Shown one piece after another: positions 11,681 through 25,130 of a stretch of 64,000 nucleotides of DNA. Both the position numbers and the translations under genes were made by a program. The DNA comes from Vicugna vicugna (taxonomy: Eukaryota): contig MU058844.1 in the NCBI GenBank assembly GCA_013265495.1, positions 15,453,878 to 15,517,877 of the forward strand, in the 5' to 3' direction. The number at the start of each line of letters is the position of its first letter. Position 1 is the stretch's first letter. A model generated the notes under the pieces. That model saw nothing but the letters and a program-made list of their open reading frames with translations, was not told where the DNA came from and made no database searches.

Positions 11681-14005
11681 ATTCATCGGAACAGGGACAG
11701 AGCACCTTGCAAATAAGAGCAGCAAGCAGTTATTCAAATTCTTCCATACAATGGTCCACCGTTTACCATTTCATTGCAGTAAAGATTTCAAAGGACAGGG
11801 GAAAACATAAATGCAAATGTAATATAATGCAAATAAGGAAGCACATGCAATTGTCAGAAATATTACACAATTTTATACTAAGTAATTTTGGAGACTTCCT
11901 TCAAATAATTCAAAATACTTCACAGATTGTCTTATTTATCATTATAAAATACTTGTAGAATCAGGGTGGGGTTAGCAGGGAATTCTGATTTTGTAGACGA
12001 AGAATTTGAAAAGGTTTTCTATAGTCACTGAGTCATTATAAAGGACAGTAGAGCTGAATCTCTCTAAAGCCTCAGACTATTTTACTTATTCATTGTGTTA
12101 AAAAATGAATTACGGTAAGTTGCTATATGATTATGTGAAATGGTGTGTAGTTACACCATACAGCAATGGAAAAGGGAAAAAAAAAACCATTTGCAACAGT
12201 AGTGCACCTGTTAAATAAAGATTTGAATAACATTTTCTCTGATTTGGCGTTTACAATTTGGTAAGTTAAGTTAAATAAACCTTCTGGCTTGCCAGCGTTG
12301 TTCTCTGAGAAAATTTCACACTGCAAGAGCACATTAAGAACTTTGGAAGACACAGAAATTATTTCATGGTTTTAAAGTTTCACTCTTCTAACAATAACAG
12401 ATTTACTTTTCCATTCAACTAACGGAAAAAATCAGTCCCTTTCTTTAAGAACTGAAAAACAATGATGTGTTGTCACTAAACTCTCCACCACTAAAGATGA
12501 ATTAATTCTCCTGCATGAATATAATTTGATTTGGGTTCTTCATACAAACCAGTAAAATAGAACAAGTGAGGGAGAAGGGAGCAGGTGTCTTTGGCACTAA
12601 GTAGAAGACAAATATATGGATACAAAGAGGAAAGGATGTTGTAAACAAGAAACCGAAAACCCAGGAGTATTAGTCTTATTTAAAATTCGGAAAGTAACTT
12701 TTCATTGCTAAGCAAAAGGAAAATAAATGCGCACAAAACTTAGACAGAAACAAGGAACCAGAATCCAGATGCACGAGCAGTAAGTATGAGCCAATAAACA
12801 CACAGAGGAGGCTGCAAGGGGGTAGGGGAAGGAGCTGGCTTAGCTGGAGCAGGTGGGGCAGATCCAGGAGGCAGAACTTCGGAAGGGTCTTGACCCCACA
12901 AGTGAAGAGCCTGGGTGTGCTGCTTCGAGAAACTGAGAGCCACTTCTGAGTCAGAAGCAGGGTAACACGACTGAAAACCACACAGGGAGATGATTTACGA
13001 TGTATTGAGACAGAGTGGCTGGTGGGCAGAAAAGCATACTGTTGCAAGCGAAAAACTAGTTCTGCAGCTTTCATAGGGAGAACAGCCAGTAATAGGCAAT
13101 CTCCATCACTGCAGTCAAAGAACCCACTCTGAGAAGGAGGAGAATTTAGAACTAGCTCAATCCCAGTCCTACGAGGGAGGCACGTGGGGACAGCCAAACC
13201 ACAACCACCTCCAAGCCTACCATGCTGACAAACACACGCTGCAGAAACAAACACCAGAGCCCCTCCACGAGTCTCCCCCTTGGAATTCATGCCACAGAGC
13301 CATAGGATAGCTATTCTGAGAACAGTTACTTAAACACCTTTCATGGGACCTAAATTCCACCTCGTATCAAATATTTTTATAAGGAGACTCCAGAGTACAG
13401 TCACTGGTAAAGATGCTCTTATGATCTGTCTCCACTTGCATTTTCCCCCCTTCCCCTTGCATAGAATTTTACTAAGGATTCGTGAAAAAGCCCTTCTGAG
13501 AATTCTGAGACAGGCTGGCTACACACCATGGGGTTTCTTTGGGACCCAGGGGCCTTTCTTCTATGGGTTCATAGTCTCTCTACATTTAAAGTGCTCTGGT
13601 CTCATCTTCCTATAGGTCTTTACATTCTTTAAGCATTGGGTCCAACTTTTCAGTTTCTCTTTTTACTCCTTCCTGTGTTAACACAGTACCTTTCACCCAA
13701 CAGGGACCCACGGCGAGTTGCTGCCTCCCATAAACTGGCAATAAACTTTGAAGGTCCTTGTCCGCTGGAGTCCTAAAAATGCTGTTATAATAGATTGGTT
13801 ACATCTTACAACTGCATTTTGCTTCAGGCAAAGAAATTAGCACTGTGGCAACCCGTACATTCTCTTCTTGTAAATCTCTTCACATTTATTCCCTGAGCAC
13901 AGTATTTACTAGTTCACTATGGCGCTTACAAGTTTAACTCACTTCAAGGCAAGGGCAGGGCTCTGCCATGTTCACACTGCTGTGGTCCCATCTTTCTAAT
14001 ATAGA

Positions 14006-14489
14006 TGTGGTGGTCTGAAGGATGGCCCCCTGAGATACCATGTCCTAATCCTTAAGACTTGTGAATATTACCCAAAGGGACTTCACGGCTGTGATTAAAT
14101 TAAGAATTTTGAGATGACGGCATGATCCTGGATCATTCAAGTGGGCCTTGTATGTTACCACAGATGTCCTACGAACAGGGAGGCAGGAGGAGTTTTGACT
14201 ACAGAAAAGGAATGAGAATGACAGAAGCAGAGAGAAACTGGAAGATGCAAAAAGGCGGAGAAAAAGCCCATAAACCACCCAATGCTAGAAGTGGTTGGAA
14301 GCTGGAAAGGCACGGACCAGATCACTCCCAGGACTTCAGAGGGAACCAGCTTCGCCAACACCTTGACTTTAACCCTGTAAAACTCATTTTAAACTTCTAA
14401 CCTCTAGAACAGTAAGAGAATAAATCTGTGTTGCCTTAAGTCACTAAGTTTCTGGTAATTTATTACAGCAGCAATAGGAGAGTAATGTA
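14006..14489 (+). mobile_element. MaLR solo LTR (MLT1D-like)
   Basis: tgtggtggtctgaaggatggcccc..catgtcctaatccttaagacttgtgaatattacc ... agagaataaatctgtgttgccttaagtcactaagtttctggtaatttattacagcagcaatagg. Confidence 0.9.
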
Positions 14490-14756
14490 ACTTTCTTATC
14501 TTCACGCCAGTTAGTATACCGCTTTGTGCTAGATTTTCCACTTCTTGGCAGAACAGATTTTGTATTTCTCTGTGTGCCACTCTTTCTGTTGTAGACATAA
14601 TTATTTACAGCTTTCAAACTGCAAATAAAACACCCGTTTTATTTGCATATATTATTATGAAACACACGACACATTATTGCATATAATCGGTATACAGACA
14701 AAAAAGTGAAATGATTGAGTAAAAGTTAGCATCACCAACAGCAATTTTTTTTTCCA

Positions 14757-14934
14757 AGTGTTGTCTCATTACGTTTTGCATCAGAGTCACCTGGAGTAAC
14801 TGTTTAAAATTCAGATTCCTGGGTCTACACACTGCAGAAATTCTGAATTCTCTCTCTCCATGGGGGCCCTAAAATCTGCCTTTTCACAAATTTACCAACT
14901 GAAGCATACGTACACTACAGTTGAAGAATTACTG
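14757..14934 (-). mobile_element. MER5A-type hAT MITE
   Basis: gcatcagagtcacctggag..tttaaaattcagattcctggg ... gaagaattactg. Confidence 0.7.
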
Positions 14935-15611
14935 GTCTAGAGTCACCTAAAAACCTTTTGTGCATTCAGCCCCACAGCAAGCAAACCTCAAGTCTGGAAA
15001 GAAATATTTAGCCAACAGCCTAACACGTGGGAAAACATATATATCCTTATTCCTTAAAATCTCTTTCAACATCAGAGTCTTCAATGAAGATACATTCAAC
15101 AGGGCTGTTATTATTTTTAACTCTAACAATGAATCTTTCTTTGCCCTGCACAATAAACGATGAACAACAGATGAATCAGATCCAATGTGTGGAAACCAGT
15201 AAAAGTTGTTTAATACTGTCACAGCCCATAGATAAAACAGTAGCATTTAATCCCTCTCAGAGATAGAGCACATCTTTTGTAGTAAACTGAATTGCAGTGT
15301 CTTTTTTTTTTTAAGCGAGATAGAATAAATACAGAAAATTTCCTTATTAAGCTATCCATTTTACGCCTGGTCAAATTTCTTCAGAAGGACTGACAGCCAA
15401 GTACATCTGCTTGTAAATACAGGAGCTGTCCTTTCAGTCCCCTGATTTCCCACTACATGCTGACCTCGCTTTGATGTATGCCACCTCTCCCTTCAGATCA
15501 GCACCATCCTATTCAAACACAGCACCCCGCCTGCACCGATCCTCCCGCCTGGATCTTTCAGTGAGGCAGGCAGCCTTCCACCACCTAGGGGTCAGAACTC
15601 AGAACTCCTTT

Positions 15612-15975
15612 GTCCATTCACTCATTTAATAAATATTTATTGAGGGTCTACTCTGCCCTGGGCGCTATTCCAGGTGCTGAGGATATAGAAGTAAACCAAA
15701 CAGATAGAAATCCCTACCATGGAAAGCTCATATTCTGGTAGGAAAGATGGATGAATACGAACAATACAATATAGTCAACAATACAAGTAAATAAATACAA
15801 ATATATAACATGTTAAATAGTAATGTGTTCAACATTAAAATAAATCAAAGGAAGTTAGAAAATGTCAAAGGCCAGGGAGCACCTCCCTGAGAAGGTGATG
15901 GTTGAGTAAAAACAAAATAAGTAAGAATGTAAGCAATGTGGATATAGATTTCAGGGGAGAATGCATTCCAGGAAC
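15612..15975 (-). mobile_element. L2 3' portion
   Basis: cattcactcatttaataaatatttattgagggtctactctgccctgggcgctattccaggtgctgaggatatag. Confidence 0.8.
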
Positions 15976-18134
15976 AGCTACTTATCAATGTCCTAAAAAC
16001 CATCACTTCAGTCCTCAAGCCTCTGCATTCAATTCTTTCAAGAAATTACAAAACATCCCAATCATATAGAAATCATATAGAAAAGTACAGTTCAAAAGTG
16101 CATTGTTCTTATATTCCCAACAGATTTAAATAATGTTCGTATTTTCCCCCATTCGCTTCAGATAGTTTTTAACTGTGTAAAACATGGCTATTCCACTGAA
16201 GCAAGACACCCCCTTCTTCCCACCCCGCTCCCTCCCACTCTAGGATTAACCACGGCCAGGAAGTACAGGCTTCAATCTATTTCCAATTCATGTTATAATT
16301 GTCCTTCAGCTTTAATGGACATGATCAATTTCTCCAAAGGAGCTGCACCCATTTACATCCCACCAGCAATGTATGGCAGTCCCTGCTTCCCCACAGCCTC
16401 ACCAGTTTTGTAATATTTGCTAATCAGTGGGTATGAAATGATGTCTTGTTGTTAGCTGTAATTTGCATCATCCTGATAACGGTGATGTTGAGCACTATTT
16501 CACGTTTCATTGGCTTATAGATTCCTCTTCTGCGAACTGTCCTGTTCCTTTGCTCACTCTTCCATTTAATCATTTCTCTTTCTTTTCTCATGATTTCTAC
16601 TAGTCCTTTGGATATTCTGGACAGTAGTCATTTACTAGATTTGCAAAAATCTTCTCCTAGACTGTGTTAGTCTTGTACATTATGTCCCTGATCAAAAAGA
16701 ATTTTTTTACTTTGAATGCAGTCAAATATCAAATGTTCCCTTTAGGGTTTGTGCTTTCTGGGTCTCTTTAAAGAAATCTTTCATTGCTCTCAAGGTCAAA
16801 AAGATATTTTTCCTATACTTTCTTCTAAAGTTTTTAAACTTTTACTTTTCAGAGTCAGAGCTTTAACCCACGCAGGACGTATTTATGTGAATAATGTGAA
16901 ATAGCAATCTCATTTTATTTTTTCCTACGTGGATGATCAATTATCTCAGTACTAGATAATGAAGAGTCTTGCCTTTCCCACTGATTTATAATGCCCCTCA
17001 CCATATACCAAGTTCTCATTTATACTTAGATCTCTGTTGTTTTCTATTGGTCATTATGTGTATTACTGTGCCAACAGCACATTCTGTAATCACTAAAACC
17101 AAATAATACATTGTGAGGTCAAATAAGATCAGTACTTTTCTTTATTTGTTTTTCAAAACTTCCTATTTATTCTATACGAATTTTAGGATCATTTTCCACA
17201 CTTACAAACATCCTGTTGGGGATTTTGCTAAAATTGCACTAAATTTGCATGTAAATTTTACACCGTCAAACAAATCTTACCATTCATGTCCATGGAATTC
17301 CTCTTGATTATTTCAGTCTTAACCCCACTTTTAAGTTTTATAATTTCGTTCACATGAGCCTTGCCCACCTTCTACTAGATTTACTTGCAGATACTTTATG
17401 GTTTGGTGCTACTGTGAATGGGATTTGAAAAATCCTATTTCTAATCTATTATTTTTGATTTCAGCTACTTATTGAGTTTGGTAAAGTGACTTTGAAACAA
17501 GCCAACTTTCTGAAGTAATTCTAATATTTTTTTCTCTACTGTTCTGTGTTGTCTGGCCTCCATCAGGACTTCTAGAACAGTGCCGAACAGGACAGTGGAA
17601 GAAGTCATCTTTATCTTATTTTTCACTTTACTTGGAATGCTTCTGTTTCACTACCAACTATAATTCTTGCTGCCAGATAAGGAAATTCCCTTCTATTCAT
17701 CGTTTGCCAGGAATTATATCATGAACAGTGTTAGATTTTTCTAATGCTTTCAATCACATCTGTTCACATGACATTTCTTCTTCTTTTATTATTCCTGTGT
17801 TCTATTAGGGTAGTGAATTGTAGTACTAAGTTTTCTAGTGTTAACTGTTTCCTTTCCTGGGGTGGGGCAACGTACTGAGACAAGTTGGGAAGCATTTTTT
17901 TGTTTGTTTGAGATGAGATTTAACTTTTCCTAACTGTTTAACTAAAACACATCTATGAAATTGTGTAAACGTGGTGCTTTTGTGTGTGACAAGACAGATT
18001 TTTGATGAGTGATTCACTATCTCTATGGTTACTGATACCTCATATTTTTCTTACAATTAGGCATCTTATCTGAGTTTTAAAAGTATGAGAAAAAATTCTT
18101 CATAATATTCTCTATTTTTAAAATCTCTCCCTCT

Positions 18135-18360
18135 CAGTTGGGAATCCGAGATTAGCAGATACACAGTACTATATGTAAAACAGATAAACAACAAGTTTCT
18201 TCTGCAGAGCACAGGGAACTATATTCAATATCTTGTAGTAACCTATAATGAAAAAATAAGAAAATGAATATATGTATGTATATGTATGACTGAAACATTA
18301 TGCTGTATGCCAGGAATCGACATAGCATTGTAAACTGACTATACTTCAATAGAAAAAGAT
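18135..18360 (+). mobile_element. Artiodactyl-type L1 3' UTR fragment
   Basis: gattagcagatac..aacagataaacaacaag..agcacagggaactatattcaatatcttgtagtaacctataatg ... cattgtaaactgactatacttcaatagaaaa; degenerate TSD aaaatctctccctc / aaaattccccctc. Confidence 0.85.
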
Positions 18361-19604
18361 ATTTTAAAAAATTCCCCCTCATATAGAGTTATTTCAATTC
18401 TAATAATTTTTGTACTTTCTTTTTTCTCTTGATTCAGATTGTCAGAGGCATGTCTAATAATATTTTCAAAGAATTCCCTTACGGTTTAATTAAGCCTTCC
18501 AGTATTTCTTATTTTTTTAATTTCATTGATTTCTAATCTTTATGATTTTCTTGCCTCTTTTATTATACTCTGCTCCTTCTCTAAATGCTTCAATAAAACG
18601 ATCAGCTGATGAATTTAAATCATTCATGTTTTAAGTATGATCTTTTATACTACATCCTTTAAAGCTCTAAATTCCTTCTAAGTATAGCTTTAGTTGCATC
18701 CATGAAATTTAATAAGCAGTGGGCTTATTTTTCATTAATGTCTAAATATTTCATAACTTTCTATTTGACCTATAAATTTAGAAGTATGTTTTTAACTTCC
18801 TAGCATATGTGATTTTTTTAGGTTATTTTTTATTATTACTAACTTTATTGCCAAAAGCCTGGCCCGTTTGACACTGATTCTTGGTATTTCTTCAGATTTT
18901 ATTTGTAGACTAGTACAAATTGATGAATTTTATAAGTAATGGATTTAGATGCCTGGAAACAACATTTAACCCTAATTTTTAGGTAAATGGTTCTAAATAC
19001 ATCAATTAGATTAATATTGTGTTGTTTACATCTTCTAAATCTCTGTTAGGTTTTTTGCTTTACGTTCCTGAGAAAGGTGTGAAAATTTCCCACAAGGCCC
19101 ATTGATTTTGTTGTCCCTCCATAGTGCTGCCAATTGCTTCCTCATATACTCATATAGTCAACATTATCAGGTGCATACAGGTTCACGTCTTCCAAGTGAA
19201 ATCCTTTTATAATTTCAGCCTCAATAATGTGAATGCCTTAAAATCTATTTCACCAAATAACATTGCCTTTATCCTTCCTTACAAAACAAAAAGAACTTTA
19301 CTCATTCTATATTTTAATAGGCAAACGTAGTATAAACAGCTATAAAGATATAGCTATAGATACATTCCGATTCTGTTCTGCTATCTTATCCAATGTTTTG
19401 TAGCCATCTTGCTTTTATTTTGCTTCTTTTTTCTCCTTTCCTGCTCTGTAATAGAGCTATCTTTTTTTCTCTATTCCATTTTTATCTTTTTTTGTTATTT
19501 TGAAATCGTACATTCTATTTCTATCTACTCCTTCGGTGGTTGCACTTAAATGTCAATGTGTAACGACTTTACTCAGTCTAAAGTTAACCCGTATTTCAAT
19601 ATGT

Positions 19605-19760
19605 CTTGTCTTGATCTGGATGCTGGCTCTACCTCTTCCTAATATTTAATAGGTAAGTTACTAACCATCACTCTGCATCAGTCCCTTCCTCAGGAAAATA
19701 AAGTTAATAGTAAAAATGCTGATCATAATTACTTGAGAATTATGAGAATTAAACTAGTCA
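19605..19760 (+). mobile_element. MIR SINE inside the old L1
   Basis: ctggctctacctcttcct..aggtaagttactaaccatcactctgcatcagt ... gagaattaaac. Confidence 0.55.
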
Positions 19761-19884
19761 CAACTTGAAAAGGGCTTAGGGTAGGGGCTAGTATATATTA
19801 GCTGTTATGAATTTTCATTTACCTATTATATTATTTATATAAATCATTTTTAAATCATCAGTTAGTTTTATAAAAAAATTTAAG

Positions 19885-20485
19885 ACCCAGGAATCCCTCT
19901 CCTGGGCATATATCCAGAAGGAACCCTACTTCACAATGACACCTGCACCCCAATGTTCATAGCAGCACTATTTACAATAGCCAAGACATGGAAACAGCCT
20001 AAATGTCCATCAACGGATAACTGGATAAAGAAGAAGTGGTATACTTATACAACGGAATACTATTCAGCCATAAAAACCGACAACATAATGCCATTTGCAG
20101 CAACATGGATGCTCTTGGAGAATGTCATTCTAAGTGAAGTAAGCCAGAAAGAGAAAGAAAAATACCATATGAGATCGCTCATATGTGGAATCTAAAAAAA
20201 AACCAAAAACAAACGAACAAAGCATAAATACAAAACAGAAACAGACTCATAGACATAGAATACAAACTTGTGGTTGCCAAGGGGGTGGAGGGTGGGAAGG
20301 GATAGACTGGGATTTCAAAAATTGTAGAATAGATGAACAAGATTATACTGTATAGCACAGGGAAATATATACAAGATCTTATGGTAGCCCACAGAAAAAA
20401 ATGTGACAATGACTATGTATATACAATGTATAACTGAAAAAAATAATCAGAACTCTGGAAATAAAAAGATCAATGTTTGCTGGAA
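19885..20485 (+). mobile_element. Young lineage L1, 5'-truncated (ORF2 C-terminus plus 3' UTR)
   Basis: Open ORF2 tail PGIPLLGIYPE...[20 protein letters not shown]...YHMRSLICGI* (ORF track 19953-20195). Perfect 13-bp TSD aaaaaaatttaag at 19872-19884 and 20486-20498. Confidence 0.95.
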
Positions 20486-21269
20486 AAAAAAATTTAAGTC
20501 ATCATGATTACTTAACAAGTACTGTTTATTTAAATTTACCAACAGGTTTCCTAATTCCTTGCTTCACCATCGCTTCTTTCTTTCTAGGTTAAATTTTCTT
20601 CTTCCTGGGGTATATTCTTATACTCATTCTTTTCACAATGGTCTGTAAACAGAAAACTCTTTCAGTCCTTCTTTGCCTGAAAATTCCTATATTTTACCTT
20701 CACTCATAACTAGTAATTTATCAGACTGTGGAAGCCCAGTTAGGCCATAACTTCCTCTCAATGCTTGGAAAATACACATCACACTGTCTAGGGGAATATG
20801 CTTTCACTCATGAAAAGTCTACCTGTCATTGTTTCTTACCAGTCAATCTTTCTTTTCTCTCTGATTGCTTTCTTAAAACAGGAAGTGTCAATAAATCAAT
20901 AAAAAGTGTTAAAAAAAAACAAAAAAGAAAACATGAAGTGTCAGAAAGAAGCAGAGCTAACAGTCTAATGAACTCTTGTACTATCAACTCCTAGATTCAA
21001 CAATTATCAAGAATTAGCTCCATCTGTATCTCTTTCTTTCTTCATTAAAATGTTTTAAGGGAAATCACAAACATTATGTCATTTCACCCATACCATATAC
21101 ATCTCCAGAGCTAAGTGTATTTTTTTATGCAACCACAATGTCATTATACATCTTACAAAATGATATCCAGGTGCCTTTAGGGTTTTTTCCTAGAGTTTGT
21201 TGTTTCCTAGTTTTACCATGATGTTTCTGATGTGACTTTGCTTTTACTTAACCTGCTCAGATCACTTTT

Positions 21270-21945
21270 GATTACCCTTCTGCCTCAACACATGATCGCA
21301 AATCCAACCCATCACCAAGCCCTTTTCATTTGTACCATTTTAATAGACTTTTACTCCATCACTTTCGCCACATCCACTGCCATCCAAGTCATCTCCGCTC
21401 TCTCCTGAATTACTATAATAACTTCAAAACTTCTCACACCCATCCCTCCCCCTCTACATCCAATCTTCACAATGTAGTCACTGAAAGTGCTTTTTAGCAT
21501 GCAAATTTGCTGATATAGTCTGTCTTCAAGCCTTCATTTCCTCTGAGGAAAAAGGTCTAGGAGGTCCACGTGGTCAGTCTCTAACCAGCTATGCATAAAC
21601 TGTTCACTTAATCTTTTCCACCACACCCCGACCACTTCGTAATTAACTTTCAATAATCTTTTCATTTTCCCAGCCCTTCCCCGGGGAAACTGTCCCTGGA
21701 ATCCAAATCTAGATCAAAGTTTGGCTTCATTCTTTTTTTATAAGTTCTCAGAGAGAACACTTGGCACAACAGCAATTTTGCACCTTCAATTTTTTGATGT
21801 GGTCATTTGTTAAATGTCAGTCTCCCTAGGAGAATACGAGTTCCGTAAAAGTACCTCATTGTACCCCAACATCTAGAAGAGGAATTGGCACAAAGCAGGA
21901 ATTCAAATCAGTACTGGTCAAATGAATAAATGACTGAATGAATGA
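21270..21945 (+). mobile_element. L2 3' portion
   Basis: atccaacccatcaccaagccc ... ctctcctgaattactataataac ... ggcacaaagcaggaattcaaatc..aatgaataaatgactgaatgaatga. Confidence 0.75.
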
Positions 21946-22399
21946 GTATCCAGGCATCCTTTCTCTGTCTTCCACTCCAATCTGCAAAGTCCTGTCATAC
22001 AGTACTTCTCACACTTGACATTGTTAATAGTTTTCCACTCAGTCTCCCCAAACACATTATGAGCACCTAGGGGCCAGAAAATGTGTTTGATCCATTTCTG
22101 TATCTCCAGCAACTGGCCTAGTGCCTGTATGTAATATACATGTAATTATAAAATAAGAAATTAGTAGCAGGACCCTAATTTTGATTGGCTCCCAGGCACA
22201 CGGAACTGAGCTGATCATTCTTCTTAATTTACATATTCATTCTTCATTTCCATTTTATTTAACTTAGCACCTGTTAAACCCTAGGTACTGATTCAGACTC
22301 TCTCAAGGGACAGACCAATAAGATAGACTAGATTTTGGCCCACACTGAGTTTATGTCAAGTCATGTCTTCATCAGTGATCTGTGAAAGTTTCCTCTTCT

Positions 22400-23570
22400 G
22401 TTTTAGATTTGAATTTTATGATTCCCTCATCCTTTATTCCCCATTTCCAAGGCCATTCCTCTCCCCTTGGTAACTACTCCTATGCACTTTCTCTGTGCTA
22501 CCATACTGTTTTTACATGTGACCATACCCAGTAAAACACAGTATGATGTATGTGTGTTTATTTTTTTGTAAATGGTATTATGTTGTAAACTCATTCTCTT
22601 TTTTTAACCTTGACTGTTTGTTCATTTAACTAATTTTAAGATCTCTCCATGTTATTAAATATAAAATCTAGTTAATTGTTTCCAAGCATTCCACAGTATA
22701 CCATACTATAAATATACCAAGGTATCCATCTCCCTTGAAAAGGACTCCTATGGTACTTTCAACTCCCCACATCCCCAGCATCAATGCAACAAGCATCCTA
22801 TTGATGTCTCCACGTGCACTGACTTGATAATTTCTCTCTGGTGCACGCCCAAGAGTAGAACCACTAGGACACTAGGGTTAGCATGCTCGGTTTCCCAAAG
22901 AATTACTGCTGCTCTCTGAAATGGCCGCACCAGCTTAGACTCCCACAAATAGTGGGAGAGAGCTCCCCTCATCTTCCCATCCTCACCAGCACTTGATATT
23001 ATCTGATTTGCACACCTTGGAAGATCTGATTGCTGTAAGATATTATTTGGATATTACCTTAATACAAATTCCTCCGATAACTAGTGAGACTCTGTACCCA
23101 TCTACATGTGAGAGATCTGGAGCCAGATTTCCACAGTATCCAAGGAGTTATAAGTACATTATTAACTGCTCTGTGACTCAGTTGCTTCTTCTGTAAAGTG
23201 GGGATGATAATAATACTTCTATTATGGAGAATTAAATGGTTAAGAATTAAGCACCAAGAAAAAAAAAACTGGCACAAAGAACTGCTCAATAAATGTTGGC
23301 TGGCTATTTCTCTAATTATTTACCATTATTTTCATTCACATATCCTCATCTGTAAATTGCCCATTTCTATCCTTTAATAATTTTTCTTCTGTATTTCCTT
23401 TCTGGTTTACATGAGCCTCTTGTATGTCCTAGATATCAATCCTTTGCAAACGTTTTTCAATGAATAAGTGAATGAGTGATCAGAGATTAAACATGTCAGT
23501 TTTGTCTCATAGAACTCCAACTGTTTGCTCTTTCTGCTCACTGCCTTGCTGGGTCATTTTTGTGAACAAA
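22400..23570 (-). mobile_element. Old L1 (L1ME-type) 3' end, interrupted by MIR
   Basis: aaatggtattatgttgt..taagatctctccatgtt ... ccaagagtagaaccactagg ... catcctcaccagcacttgatattatc. Confidence 0.7.
23110..23305 (+). mobile_element. MIR SINE
   Basis: ctggagccaga ... ctctgtgactcagttgcttcttctgtaaagtggggatgataataatac ... ctggcacaaagaactgctcaataaatgttggc. Confidence 0.8.
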
Positions 23571-24489
23571 ATGTTGAATCTCAATGTATTTTTAATATAG
23601 TCAATACATTTTAAATAAAATTTAATTTATATTCCATTTTTCTGAGTCAATAACACACAAATCCACAATTGCAGGAGGAAACATCCAAACTCCACAGCGA
23701 AAAAGTCAAACAATTCTATTTGTGGGTTTTATTGGGCAATTTTTTTTTTAGAAAAGTAGAAAGATGGCACAAAGAACTATAGATTCTGTCGAATCTTCTC
23801 ATAGATAAGTACTTAGTCTCAATTTTGAATTCATCATTCAACTAGAACAATTCATAAGATGGGCTTGCAAAATAATTTTCTGCAAGATCACCAAAGAAAT
23901 TTTTTATCACTGTTAAAGGGCCACTTTTAATAAAATTCTTAGTAATCATTTAGAAATATTACACCAAAAAAATCTTAGAAAACTTCCAAGTAGAGCACCA
24001 ATAAACATTTGATAAGAATTAGCGTTTAACTAAAATGTATGTGAGGAACCCTAAAATTTGTGACTGTTTTTTTTAGCAACTCAAAACCACACAGAAATCA
24101 AGAGCAAACCCCTCAGCTCAGATCTACTTAGGGAGTCTATAACTACCATATCTTATTTTTAAGCTGAGATGCAAAAGTATCGGTAAAGAAAAAGGTAATT
24201 TCTCCATCTTGAAAGAGTACAATTTACATAAAATTGAGGGGGTCGGGGAGGGATTGCACTTAAATAAAAAGTGGGATAATGACTTGTCACCACCACTTCC
24301 ACATGCTGCTGTACGTTTTTAAATTTTTAGCAGAAAGGTTAGGTGATATAGATAAGAATTCACTCGACAGAAAAGGCATTCTGGTGAACAGTAACCTGTT
24401 CAGTAAGAATTAGTAAGATTCTAAGTAAAACAGACATCATTAGGAAAAAGTTGGTCAAATCTCTTTTTTCCTAATTCCAAAGTGGATAT

Positions 24490-25130
24490 GGCAGATGCAT
24501 TTAGTTTATGTTTCATGAACATCCTTAGATTCAGGAGTTACAATGACAAGCAAAAGCTCACAACATCCCTAGTGGATACGACACAGCAGGGGAGACAAAT
24601 GTTAATTTTAAAATCACACGAAGGTGGAATTATTCTGAAGGATAGGACCGTGGTCAATGTCATTATGAAAGCCTATCATAAAAGCACCTGACCTAGTCTG
24701 AAAGATCAGAGGAAGCTTCCCTGAGCCAACATCTGTAGGGAGAGGATGAGTTAAATTGGTGAAAGGTACAGCATGTTCAAAACCGTAAGAGAATGTAGGA
24801 AAGCCCACAGCTACGGTTGGGCTGGAGAGTATAAGAGAGATGCGGGATAAAGGTGGGAGGAAAAAACACGGGTGTCCAGAAGGTGCCTGGCTATTTGGCT
24901 ATCTCAGGTGTTTAATCTGTAGGTAAAATGGAAAGCTACTGCTGGGCTTTAAGAAAGGAGGCTCCAATGGAGAGAATGACTTGGGGGAACAACAAGAATG
25001 GAAACCAATTATAAAAAATGTTTCTATAGTCCACGCGAGAGACAGGAGTAACTTGAAATGAGGTGGCAGCGATAGAGATGAAAAGAGGAGCCGGGACTCT
25101 AGAGATACTAAAGAGGCAAAATCAATAAAA
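24490..25130 (-). mobile_element. L2 (diverged)
   Basis: gcacctgacctagtctgaaagatcagaggaagcttccctgag ... ggaaagctactgctgggctttaag ... gaggtggcagcgatagagatg. Confidence 0.65.

Larger units (their letters stand above)
16200..21260 (-). mobile_element. Old, highly diverged L1 (L1ME-type), about 4 kb, interrupted by younger insertions
   Basis: Reverse-strand ORF2 hallmarks catttacatcccaccagcaatgtatggcagtccc..cctcaccag, tttgcatcatcctgataac..gatgttgagcac, ttatctcagtactag; degenerate 5' region continues at 20500-21260. Confidence 0.75.

Noticed and set aside
12676-13290. 204-aa minus-strand ORF
   Set aside because: L/C/S/F-rich composition expected from the antisense of purine-rich DNA; no recognisable domain and no supporting splice structure.
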